This document shows, one piece after another, positions 1-7,909 of a stretch of DNA of 49,194 nucleotides. The first letter of the stretch is position 1; every line of letters starts with the position of its first letter. Where the stretch lies: positions 1-49,194 of IMG/VR virus record IMGVR_UViG_3300032318_001844; one strand, given 5' to 3'. The notes under the pieces were generated by a model that was not told the DNA's origin, searched no databases, and saw only the letters and a program-made list of their open reading frames with translations. Made by a program: the position numbers and the translations under genes. The stretch comes from a virus. Lineage: Duplodnaviria; Caudoviricetes.

Positions 1-38
1 CATTTTGCAAAACCGTGGCGGAAATGGCATGGGGTTTG
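1..38. repeat. Terminal overlap with 49104-49141 (circular or circularly permuted genome)
   Basis: CATTTTGCAAAACCGTGGCGGAAATGGCATGGGGTTTG at 1-38 aligns with 49104-49141 with 4 mismatches. Confidence 0.9.
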
Positions 39-64
39 CCCCCCCCCCCCCCCCACCCTAGATT
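36..64 (+). promoter_or_regulatory. Sigma70-like promoter with poly-C spacer
   Basis: TTGCCC (36-41), 17 nt spacer, TAGATT (59-64); C16 tract at 39-54. Confidence 0.6.
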
Positions 65-69
65 CCCAG

Positions 70-213
70 CCCTACAGGAGCGATGGACGCAAGGCCAGTA
101 CACGGAGACGGGGTGGAACCCCGGACGCATGGAGGCAGATCGCCGCTGACGCAGGACGGGGACGCGGCGGGTTTTGACTGAGGATCGACAACGCAAGAAA
201 GCGAGGAAACGGA
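70..213 (+). ncRNA. Candidate CsrA/RsmA-binding multi-GGA RNA or 5' leader
   Basis: 11 GGA motifs between 77 and 213, several in short hairpin loops; stem 141-146/164-169 followed by TTTT. Confidence 0.5.
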
Positions 214-1101
214 ATGGTTCAGATTCGGAAGGCTCGCCGCAGCGCCACGAAGCTGCGGCTCCTGCTCACGGGACCGAGCGGCAGCGGCAAGACCTACGGG
301 GCACTGCTCGTCGCGAAGGGGCTGGGCTCTCAGAGAACGATCGTCATCGACACCGAGCAGGGTTCGAGCGATCTCTATGACAGGCTGCACGACTTCGATG
401 TGATCGACCTCGTGCCGCCCTTCACGCCCGAGGCGTACATCGAGGCGATCGACGCCGCCGAGGCGGCCGGTGCCGACTGCATCGTGATTGACTCGATCAG
501 CCACGAGTGGAACGGCAAGGGCGGATGCCTGGAGCTCGTGGACGAGATCGCACGGGCGAAGTTCAAGGGCAACACGTGGTCGGCGTGGAGCGAACTCACG
601 CCGCGTCACCGGGCGTTTATCGACCGGATGCTGCGGTCGTCGGCCCACGTGATCGCCACGGGCCGGTCGAAGACCGAGACGGCCCAGGTGGATGACCACG
701 GGCGTAAGAAGGTGGTGAAGCTCGGGATGCGTGTCGAGTCGAGGGACGGCGTCGAATACGAATTCACGACGTGCATCGACCTCGTCCACGACGGTCACTT
801 CGCGGTGGCGTCGAAGGACAGGACGGGCATCTTCGGCGGCGATCCGAAGCCGATCAGCGTGGACACGGGCAAGGCGTTCGCCGAGTGGCTCGCTGGCGGC
901 ACGCCTGCACCGAATCCGCTCGTCGCACAGATCCGCGAGTTCGTGGCGACGGCCGAGCCAGAGCGACTGAAGGCGACGACGAAGCGGATCGATGCCCTTC
1001 TCGCCGAGGGCAAGTTGACGAGTGCCGAGTGGGAGTCGCTGACCGATGCGATCACCGCTCGCGTGGACGGACAAGCGGCAGTCGTTGCTGCCGCTGAGTG
1101 A
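214..1101 (+). CDS. AAA_24/Sak4-like ATPase (single-strand annealing recombinase)
   Basis: Walker A GPSGSGKT, IDTE, Walker B VIDSISHEW, KDRT motif; followed by an SSB-like gene. Confidence 0.85.
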   Translation: MVQIRKARRSATKLRLLLTGPSGSGKTYGALLVAKGLGSQRTIVIDTEQGSSDLYDRLHDFDVIDLVPPFTPEAYIEAIDAAEAAGADCIVIDSISHEWNGKGGCLELVDEIARAKFKGNTWSAWSELTPRHRAFIDRMLRSSAHVIATGRSKTETAQVDDHGRKKVVKLGMRVESRDGVEYEFTTCIDLVHDGHFAVASKDRTGIFGGDPKPISVDTGKAFAEWLAGGTPAPNPLVAQIREFVATAEPERLKATTKRIDALLAEGKLTSAEWESLTDAITARVDGQAAVVAAAE

Positions 1102-1128
1102 GGACGGACCCTACAGGAGACAGACCCC

Positions 1129-1623
1129 ATGCAGTGGGACATCGGAGAGGAATTCGACACGCCGACCGCAGTGGCGGCGACTGAGCGGCAGATCATGCCG
1201 GTTGGAAAGCACTTGATGATCGTGAAGTTCGCCGAGGAGGGACCGAACGAGTACAAGCGGAGCGACGACAACCCCGATGGGTTCTGCCTGAAGCTGCGGC
1301 TCAGCGACCTTGAAGGGCGGTTCAAGTTCGTCTTCGACGACCTCCCGCAGTCGAAGTCGCTCGCGTGGCGGGCCAAGCAACTGGCGGCGGCGATCGGCAT
1401 CATCCCGCACGGCGAGACGCTGTCGCTGACGCCCGACGACGTGATCGGGCAGACGATCGAGGTGGAGCTCAGCCACTACACGAGCAAGGCCGGGAAGTTG
1501 TCGGCGACCGTGAAGCGGTACATCGAGCGGACCAGCGACGCCCGGCCGAAGGCGGCGGCGAAGCCGAGGACGCAGGCGGCGCGGGTGACCGAGATGCTCG
1601 ACGACGATGTCGTCCCGTTCTGA
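1129..1623 (+). CDS. Single-stranded DNA-binding protein-like (DUF669-type)
   Basis: Acidic DDDVVPF C-terminus; position after Sak4-like gene; AGGAG RBS. Confidence 0.65.
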   Translation: MQWDIGEEFDTPTAVAATERQIMPVGKHLMIVKFAEEGPNEYKRSDDNPDGFCLKLRLSDLEGRFKFVFDDLPQSKSLAWRAKQLAAAIGIIPHGETLSLTPDDVIGQTIEVELSHYTSKAGKLSATVKRYIERTSDARPKAAAKPRTQAARVTEMLDDDVVPF

Positions 1624-1635
1624 GGAGGTGGCGTC

Positions 1636-1902
1636 GTGAACTGGCACATCAAAACTGGCGAGCGATCGGTCATCGGCCCTGGCTCAGCGATCGACATCGT
1701 GGTCGGTCGCCTGGAGTACATCCTCGCTCAACCTAGGTGCAGCCGCGAGAAGCTCATGGCAGAGGCGATCCAGTACGCGAAACTCGTCCGGGGGTGGATT
1801 CGTGAGCACGAACCGAAGTTCGAGCGTCCAGTTTTCGACCCCGACAAGGAGTACATCGGCGCGAGACAGGGCGGAAAGCCTGGACCGATGAGCGACGGCT
1901 AA
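1636..1902 (+). CDS. Hypothetical protein
   Basis: GGAGG RBS before GTG; fills the operon. Confidence 0.65.
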   Translation: MNWHIKTGERSVIGPGSAIDIVVGRLEYILAQPRCSREKLMAEAIQYAKLVRGWIREHEPKFERPVFDPDKEYIGARQGGKPGPMSDG

Positions 1903-2062
1903 TAGGAGACACAACGGCCCGCCCTGTCCGCAGCGGATGCTCCACCAGCCGCATGGGTCGCGCAGCGGAAGTCGCGAGTAACAACCGCAGTCGAGGCCGC
2001 TACGTTCCGGCGGCGATTCGACCGTCAGCGGCACGTGACGCCGCAAATACACGGAGGTTGAG

Positions 2063-2398
2063 ATGAGCGACTACTGGCCCGACATCTACCACAGGTGCGC
2101 CGACCTGCCGCTTTTCGTACCGCGAGCCCCGGCCGTTCGCGGTTCGCAAACGTCGAACGACGCCGCGGATTCGCTGGACGCGCCGACGCTCAACGCCATG
2201 CAGCGGCGCGTGCTCGAAGTGCTCCAGGCGACGCCAGACGGGCTGACAGACGAGGAAATGCAAACGCGGCTCGGGATGAACCCGTCAACGCAGCGGCCAC
2301 GGCGGATCGAGCTTGCACGGCGCGGGCTCGTGGTCGAGGCCGGGACGAGGAGGGCGGCGAGCGGACGGTTGGCGACGGTGTGGAGGGTGGCGTGGTGA
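2063..2398 (+). CDS. Winged-helix DNA-binding protein
   Basis: RVLEVL..GLTDEEMQTRLGMNPSTQRPRRIELARRGLV pattern; GGAGG RBS. Confidence 0.7.
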   Translation: MSDYWPDIYHRCADLPLFVPRAPAVRGSQTSNDAADSLDAPTLNAMQRRVLEVLQATPDGLTDEEMQTRLGMNPSTQRPRRIELARRGLVVEAGTRRAASGRLATVWRVAW

Positions 2399-3117
2399 TC
2401 GTAGATTCCTACAAGCATCCTATGTGGCAGAAGACGCGGCTCCGAATTATGGAGCGTGACGGGTGGAAGTGCTTTGCGTGTTGCGATGCTGATTCAACGC
2501 TGCACGTTCATCACTTCTTCTACGACGGCGAGCCTTGGCAGGTTCCAGACGATTACTTGCAGACTCTGTGCGAAAAGTGCCATTCGCGCCTCGGCCAGCA
2601 CCCCAAGGGTGGCGTGTATTACACGCTAGGCGCAGACGGTGATGCTGGCGTTGCCTTGTGCTGGTGCCCTCAGTGCCACGGTTTCAAGTTCACTAAAAGC
2701 ACGCATTTGAAGTGCTGTGCATGTGGCTGGAGTTCCTCAGAAATCCGGGCTAACTATTTTCTTTTTGGTCAACGTATCGAGCTGATTGAGGAAGCAAGAA
2801 AAGCCAAGCCAAAGGAATATTCGGTGCATTGGCTCAAGGGAATGATCACAAAGATTCGCAAGGGCGGCGCGACCGATGTGCAGATTTTTGAGGCCATTTG
2901 GCCTGATTCGCCAGCGATGCAGTACGTCGAGCAACTAGTGAAGCTAAACAAGCAGTTGGTTCATGCACTAGGGAATGAAGAACTCTCCGAAGAGGATGAG
3001 ATCGAAGGCCTAGAGCTTCTAGTTAGAGTGCGTCGCAACATTCAGCGGATACTGTCTGGCGGCCGTGACAGTTTCTCTTCACCTACGGAGGCCACGGATG
3101 GCACGCCACAAGGTTGA
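2395..3117 (+). CDS. HNH endonuclease-domain protein
   Basis: WQKTRLRIMERDGWKC..C...LHVHH...LQTLCEKCH; GTGA overlap with upstream stop; visibly more AT-rich. Confidence 0.75.
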   Translation: MIVDSYKHPMWQKTRLRIMERDGWKCFACCDADSTLHVHHFFYDGEPWQVPDDYLQTLCEKCHSRLGQHPKGGVYYTLGADGDAGVALCWCPQCHGFKFTKSTHLKCCACGWSSSEIRANYFLFGQRIELIEEARKAKPKEYSVHWLKGMITKIRKGGATDVQIFEAIWPDSPAMQYVEQLVKLNKQLVHALGNEELSEEDEIEGLELLVRVRRNIQRILSGGRDSFSSPTEATDGTPQG

Positions 3118-3949
3118 CATCTACATGCCGCTGTACGTCAGGGACTTCCTGACGAGCACGCTCGGCTGGTCGGCCGAGGAGCGCGGGCACTACCTCACGC
3201 TCTTGATGGTCGCCTGGGATCGTGGCGGTCTGCCCGCTGAGCTCGACCAGATCGAGCGGTTGTCGCCCGGCGTCACGAACGTCTGGCCCATGCTGCAAGA
3301 CAAGTTCCCGGTGGACGAGGACGGTCTGCGCCGAAACGCCCGCCTGGAGAAGCACCGCGACCGGTGCGTCGAGCTCAAGGACAAGCGGATTGAAGCCGGG
3401 AAAAGGGCGGCGGCTGCGAAGGCTGCGGCGGTCGCCGCGCGAGCAAACGGTGAGCAATCGTGCAGCAAACGTGCAGCAAACGTGCAGCAAACGGTACCGA
3501 TTGCTGAACCAATCGTGCAGCAAACGGTACCGATTGGTGCGGCAATCGTGAAGCATCCAACGTCAACGTCAACGTCAACACCAACGTCAACTTCTCCTAA
3601 CGGAGAAGATAAATACACACACACACACGGCGGCGACGACTTTCGCCAGCCGGGATGGGCGGCAACCGAGTGGCAGCGGTTCGTGGCGGCGTGGAACGTC
3701 ACCGAGCGGGCCGAGCCGTGGCCGCACCTGACGCCGCCTGACGGCTGGGTTGACCTCGCTGCGTCGCCTGGGTGGCTTGAACGAGCCCGCGAGGCTCTCG
3801 CCCGCCTGCCGAGCCGCCAGTTCTTCGACCGACCGCTCCCGGTCACCCGTTTCTTTGACTTCGTGGACAGGATCAGAGCTGGCGAGTTCGCCGATCCGAA
3901 GGGCAGCACGAGATCCCGACCGAGGCAACCGGCAGGAGGGAACCTATGA
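3098..3949 (+). CDS. Replication initiator, DUF1376/YdaU family
   Basis: N-terminal YMPLYVRDFLTST..WSAEERGHYLTLL motif; internal iteron-like repeats. Confidence 0.8.
   Translation: MARHKVDIYMPLYVRDFLTSTLGWSAEERGHYLTLLMVAWDRGGLPAELDQIERLSPGVTNVWPMLQDKFPVDEDGLRRNARLEKHRDRCVELKDKRIEAGKRAAAAKAAAVAARANGEQSCSKRAANVQQTVPIAEPIVQQTVPIGAAIVKHPTSTSTSTPTSTSPNGEDKYTHTHGGDDFRQPGWAATEWQRFVAAWNVTERAEPWPHLTPPDGWVDLAASPGWLERAREALARLPSRQFFDRPLPVTRFFDFVDRIRAGEFADPKGSTRSRPRQPAGGNL
3441..3628. repeat. Iteron-like repeats, probable replication origin within the initiator gene
   Basis: CGTGCAGCAAA at 3459, 3470, 3481 and 3514; 23-bp direct repeat 3481-3503/3514-3536; CAACGT tandem repeats 3558-3590; (AC)7 at 3615-3628. 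Confidence 0.7.
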
Positions 3950-4494
3950 ACCGCACGTGGGATGAGAACAAATCTGCGATCAACCAGCTCTGGCCGGTCG
4001 CCCAGTTCACCGAGGAGGAAAAGCGCCTCTGGAACGACGACCTGTCTGGTCTCGACCAGGACACGCTCTACGACGCGATCCGCAACGCCAAGCGGACGCA
4101 CGATTCGATCTACCCGCAACTCAAGTGGATGCTCGACGCCTACCGCGACCTCGACGCTCTGCGGAGGGCGGCGCTACGTGTCACTCGTCCGATGGAGAAG
4201 AAGACCGAATGGAACATCAGCGACGAGCGTGATCGAGAGAAGTGCAACGAGATGATGGAGTGGGTCGATCGCGCTCAGCCGAACGAGTACGAAACCATCC
4301 GGCACGCCGTCTTCTCGGACGACAACTTCCCGCAACTGCACAGCACGACGTGCCTGCGCATCCTCGCCTACGCGAAGGAGCGCCTGTGCGGCATCAAGCC
4401 GCAGTTCGGTCGCGTGAACGACGAAGGCTGCGTGACGCCCGCATTCACGACAGAAGGCATCCAAGGCAGGACGCCGCTCGCACTCAAGGATTGA
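3946..4494 (+). CDS. Hypothetical protein, positionally a helicase-loader-like partner
   Basis: ATGA overlap with initiator; function inferred from lambda O/P synteny only. Confidence 0.6.
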   Translation: MNRTWDENKSAINQLWPVAQFTEEEKRLWNDDLSGLDQDTLYDAIRNAKRTHDSIYPQLKWMLDAYRDLDALRRAALRVTRPMEKKTEWNISDERDREKCNEMMEWVDRAQPNEYETIRHAVFSDDNFPQLHSTTCLRILAYAKERLCGIKPQFGRVNDEGCVTPAFTTEGIQGRTPLALKD

Positions 4495-4498
4495 GCAC

Positions 4499-4756
4499 AT
4501 GACCGCCACCACGCTCCCACCCATCACCGACCGCCAGCGCGAGGTCTGGCAGTGGGTCCGCGACCACCACGCCCGCGAGCGTATCGGCTGCGGTGTCCGC
4601 GACATCTGCGTGGCGTTCGGGTTCGCATCGCCCGAGGGCGCTCTGTGCCACTTGCGACCGTTGCGGAAGCGCGGCTGGATCGAGTGGCGAGACGGTCGTG
4701 CCAACACGATCATCCCGACCCTTGAATCGCTGGAGGCATCCGATGACGAAACGTGA
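4499..4756 (+). CDS. LexA-type N-terminal DNA-binding domain protein (no peptidase domain)
   Basis: TDRQREVWQWV...VRDICVAFGFASPEGALCHLRPLRKRGWI matches the LexA wHTH pattern. Confidence 0.75.
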   Translation: MTATTLPPITDRQREVWQWVRDHHARERIGCGVRDICVAFGFASPEGALCHLRPLRKRGWIEWRDGRANTIIPTLESLEASDDET

Positions 4757-4988
4757 AATCAACGCGATTCACTCGGCGGTCTTTCGCCGCTCGTGGGACG
4801 ACGACACCGACGACGTATCGCGGCTTGTGTTGGAGCAGGCTTCGCAGGCGATCACCGCGCTCAAGCGGCAGTTGAAGGATCGAGACGCTCGCCTAGCCCG
4901 TCAGGCGGTCGCCCTGGAGCGTGCCGAACTCGACGCCGAGATCATGCGTCGCGCGGCATTCGGCGAGCAGAAAGGCGGCGCGGCGTGA
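4743..4988 (+). CDS. Hypothetical coiled-coil protein
   Basis: GGAGG RBS; ATG at 4743. Confidence 0.6.
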   Translation: MTKREINAIHSAVFRRSWDDDTDDVSRLVLEQASQAITALKRQLKDRDARLARQAVALERAELDAEIMRRAAFGEQKGGAA

Positions 4989-5245
4989 CCGAGCTCGCCC
5001 TTATCGCAATCGGGATCGTGATGCAGTCGGCGACGTTCGCCTTCGGCATCCTGGTAGGAGCGTCACTCAGGAGGAGAGGACATGACGGCAACAGCTACGA
5101 AGAGGCGAAGGAGTACTGGCATCACGCTACCGGCCGCCACGCTCAAGACAGCGCTCGCGGACGTGTCCGCAGCGGTGCCGACGCGACCGGCGAAGCCGGT
5201 GCTCGCGTGCATCCGAATTGGCGATGGCACGCTGACGGCGACTAA
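4985..5245 (+). CDS. Small putative membrane protein
   Basis: GTGA-coupled start, hydrophobic N-terminus; 3' part overlaps dnaN. Confidence 0.4.
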   Translation: MTELALIAIGIVMQSATFAFGILVGASLRRRGHDGNSYEEAKEYWHHATGRHAQDSARGRVRSGADATGEAGARVHPNWRWHADGD

Positions 5246-6203
5246 CCTGGAACTCCAGATCGAGGTCGAGATCGACTACCACGGCGAGACGCTGCTCCTG
5301 CCGTTCGCCCGGCTTCGGGCGATCGTTGCCGAGGCTCGCTCCGAAGAGGTGACGATCACTCCTGACGGCACGTCGTGCGTCGTGACGGCCGGGCGTGGCA
5401 CGTGGCGGCTTCCGGTCGAGAGCGCCGACGCGTGGCCCGAGTGGAACCACGAGCCGCTCAGAACGCTCGTGCGTGTCCCGTGCGACCAGTTCGCCCGTGC
5501 CGTGAAGGGCTGCGTCTACGCGACGGACAACGACAGCAGCCGCTACGCGCTCGGTGCGGTTCTCATCGAAGTGCAGGGCGTCGAGTGCTCGTTTGTCGCA
5601 ATGGACGGGCGGCGTTTGTCACTTGTGAAGGTCGAGCACGACCAAGCGGTGGACGACGCATTCGCGCTCGTTCCGGCGCAGGCACTCGCGAGCGTTTCGG
5701 CTGTGGCTTCCAAGAATCCGCACGACGCGGTGCAACTGGAGGCGAGCGAGCACGAGCTCGTCGCCACGCTGCCTGGATGCGTCGTGACGGCTCGTCAGAT
5801 CGCCGGGCGGTTCCCTCGGTGGCGTGACGTTCTTCCGAAGGACCGGTCCGGTGCGATCGAGACCGTCGTGGCTCGGGAAGATCTACTCGCGGCGACCAGG
5901 GCGGCGGCGATCGTGACCAGCGAGCAGTCGAAGGGCGTTGACTACACGTTCTCAGCCGACGGCGTGACACTTCACGGCCAGAGCGCCGAGTACGGGCAGA
6001 GCGATGTGACAATCGAGGTCGTCAGCGGCGGCGAGCCCGTGAAGGTCAAACTCGATCCCAAGTTTGTTGAGGACTGGCTTGGCGGAATCCCTGACGAAGA
6101 GAGTCCGCACATCACGGTCGAGCTCGTGGACGCACAGTCCGCGTGCGTGCTCCGCAACGGCGACGCGTACACCGGCGTGATCATGCCCCTGTCGAACGAC
6201 TGA
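5082..6203 (+). CDS. dnaN: DNA polymerase III beta sliding clamp
   Basis: ATNLE, SRYALGAV, AMDGRRL, GRFPRWRDVLP and C-terminal VIMP motifs; 373 aa. Confidence 0.9.
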   Translation: MTATATKRRRSTGITLPAATLKTALADVSAAVPTRPAKPVLACIRIGDGTLTATNLELQIEVEIDYHGETLLLPFARLRAIVAEARSEEVTITPDGTSCVVTAGRGTWRLPVESADAWPEWNHEPLRTLVRVPCDQFARAVKGCVYATDNDSSRYALGAVLIEVQGVECSFVAMDGRRLSLVKVEHDQAVDDAFALVPAQALASVSAVASKNPHDAVQLEASEHELVATLPGCVVTARQIAGRFPRWRDVLPKDRSGAIETVVAREDLLAATRAAAIVTSEQSKGVDYTFSADGVTLHGQSAEYGQSDVTIEVVSGGEPVKVKLDPKFVEDWLGGIPDEESPHITVELVDAQSACVLRNGDAYTGVIMPLSND

Positions 6204-6214
6204 GGAGGTGCAAC

Positions 6215-6559
6215 ATGGCTTATCCACGGATCAAGGACGCTGCCATGCTCTTCCGGCTCTGGCACGACGAGACGCTCACGGTCGAGGACATCGCCCAGCG
6301 TCTCGGCGTATCGGCGAATACGGTCTGGGCGACGGCACGTCGCTTCAAGATGGGGCGACGCGATCACGTCGTGCGAGAGAAGCGAGAGCGTAAGGCGATC
6401 GACGAGGTCGATGATCTTGTGACGTGCGAGGATCTGCGCCTCGACGATTGGACCGAGGAGCGAGCCCGGCCGATCCGCGAGGGGTGGAGCGAGGACGAGC
6501 GGTACCAGCGGCGTGTGACGAAGGTGCAGCCCATCTGCTACGGCGGGGTGTTCCAGTGA
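6215..6559 (+). CDS. HTH DNA-binding protein
   Basis: LTVEDIAQRLGVSANTVWATARRF; GGAGG RBS. Confidence 0.7.
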   Translation: MAYPRIKDAAMLFRLWHDETLTVEDIAQRLGVSANTVWATARRFKMGRRDHVVREKRERKAIDEVDDLVTCEDLRLDDWTEERARPIREGWSEDERYQRRVTKVQPICYGGVFQ

Positions 6560-6699
6560 GCGCACCGCTGCTCTTCGTCGTCTCTCTGATCTACTGGGCT
6601 GTCGCGATCGAGCAGTGGTGGAAGGGCTCGCCAGCAGGGTTCGTCGTGTGGGCGAGCTACGGCACGGCGAACTGGGGGCTGATGTGGCTGACGAGGTAG
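6556..6699 (+). CDS. Small two-TM membrane protein
   Basis: GTGA overlap; two hydrophobic segments. Confidence 0.55.
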   Translation: MSAPLLFVVSLIYWAVAIEQWWKGSPAGFVVWASYGTANWGLMWLTR

Positions 6700-6843
6700 G
6701 GCATTTCGCGCAGATTGCGTGGCAGGCAATGGTCGAGAAATAGAACGCCGAAGGAAAAGGGCTAAACAATGGAGACTTGCGAGGTCGCGAAGGCTGACGT
6801 GCAATTGCCGATGGCACTGGATCTTCACTCGCGAGGAACAGAC

Positions 6844-7524
6844 GTGGCAAAGAAACATCAGTCTGCATTCAAGGCAATGACAGCAGAGGTCCAGAAGCTG
6901 TGCTCGCAGCTAAAGAAACTCGACACTGACGACGCAGTGGCTTTTCTGAATGAAGCGCGACGAATGCTTCACGAGGCAAGCCCGTTCAGGGATGAGCCAG
7001 TAGACCTCGTGCTGTGGGTCAAGAACGAGACGGTACACGCGAACGACTACAACCCCAACAGCGTCGCGCCACCAGAGATGAAGCTGCTAGAGCACTCGAT
7101 CACGGAGGACGGGTACACGCAGCCGATCGTGTCGTGGCAGCGCGAGGAGGCCCACGAGGTAGTTGATGGCTTTCACCGGCACCGCGTTGGAAAGGAAAGC
7201 GAAATCGTCCGCAGTCGCGTGCTGGGATACCTTCCGGTCGTCACTATCAACACGACACGGCTCGATAAAGGCGACAGGATGGCGGCAACCATCCGCCACA
7301 ATCGCGCTCGCGGCAAGCATCGCGTTGACGCGATGTCGGAGATTGTGATCGACCTAAAGCGTCGCAGATGGTCAGACGAAAAAATCGGCAAAGAGTTGGG
7401 CATGGACCCAGACGAAGTACTGCGGCTCACGCAGGTGAGTGGATTGGCGGAATTGTTTGCCGATCGCGATTTCTCACAGGCGTGGGAGGCGGATCGCATT
7501 GATGAGGAGCTCGATGAAGGCTGA
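6844..7524 (+). CDS. ibrB: ParB/Srx-like protein, IbrB/YbdM family
   Basis: ANDYNPN, DGYTQPIV, VVDGFHR, TIRHNRARGKH; start could alternatively be 6769. Confidence 0.85.
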   Translation: MAKKHQSAFKAMTAEVQKLCSQLKKLDTDDAVAFLNEARRMLHEASPFRDEPVDLVLWVKNETVHANDYNPNSVAPPEMKLLEHSITEDGYTQPIVSWQREEAHEVVDGFHRHRVGKESEIVRSRVLGYLPVVTINTTRLDKGDRMAATIRHNRARGKHRVDAMSEIVIDLKRRRWSDEKIGKELGMDPDEVLRLTQVSGLAELFADRDFSQAWEADRIDEELDEG

Positions 7525-7909
7525 TCTGCGTCCGTACACCGAATGGGAAGATTGGCAGGCGGGCATGTACCGGGACGTGCCACGCGAAGCCGAAGAGCCA
7601 CTGACGCTTGCGGCGGCGTCGCTCCTATCTGACGCCCATAGGTTGGCGGCAGCAATGCGTGACGTGACTACGGAATGGAAGCACGCAAGCGAAGCCAACC
7701 TCCATGAGCCTCCAAATAACCGTTCGTGGCTCGGGCAAGCAGCTTGCGCTTTCGCTTCCGAAGTTCCTGAACATCTCACGCGAGTCGCTTGGGGCCGATT
7801 GACCGACGCGCAGCGAGTCGAGGCAAACCGGATAGCGGATCGCGTGATCGACGAGTGGAAATACCGCACGCGACGCAACCCACAGATGGAGTTCTGCTTC
7901 GATGCCTAA
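7514..7909 (+). CDS. Hypothetical protein between ibrB and ibrA
   Basis: Overlaps both neighbours; WEDWQAGMY and WLGQAAC motifs. Confidence 0.7.
   Translation: MKADLRPYTEWEDWQAGMYRDVPREAEEPLTLAAASLLSDAHRLAAAMRDVTTEWKHASEANLHEPPNNRSWLGQAACAFASEVPEHLTRVAWGRLTDAQRVEANRIADRVIDEWKYRTRRNPQMEFCFDA

Noticed and set aside
1-149. Read-through of the 48818 ORF across the junction and the poly-C tract to a stop at 147-149
   Set aside because: Depends on one discordant base (TGC vs TGA) in the low-quality overlap; unresolved without reads, and the promoter/RNA reading explains the region better.
1636-1902. Possible CsrA homologue (KTGERSVIG...IDIVV resembles the CsrA N-terminus)
   Set aside because: Lacks the MLVL.R start and the V(R/K)(L/I)GI.AP core; too weak without an HMM test.
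3459-3590. Repeats as a mini-CRISPR array
   Set aside because: Repeats are short, mostly abutting, inside a CDS and without unique ~30-nt spacers; no cas genes.
3615-3628. (AC)7 as a phase-variation tract
   Set aside because: Short, within a probably essential initiator gene and next to the iterons; more likely part of the origin or linker.
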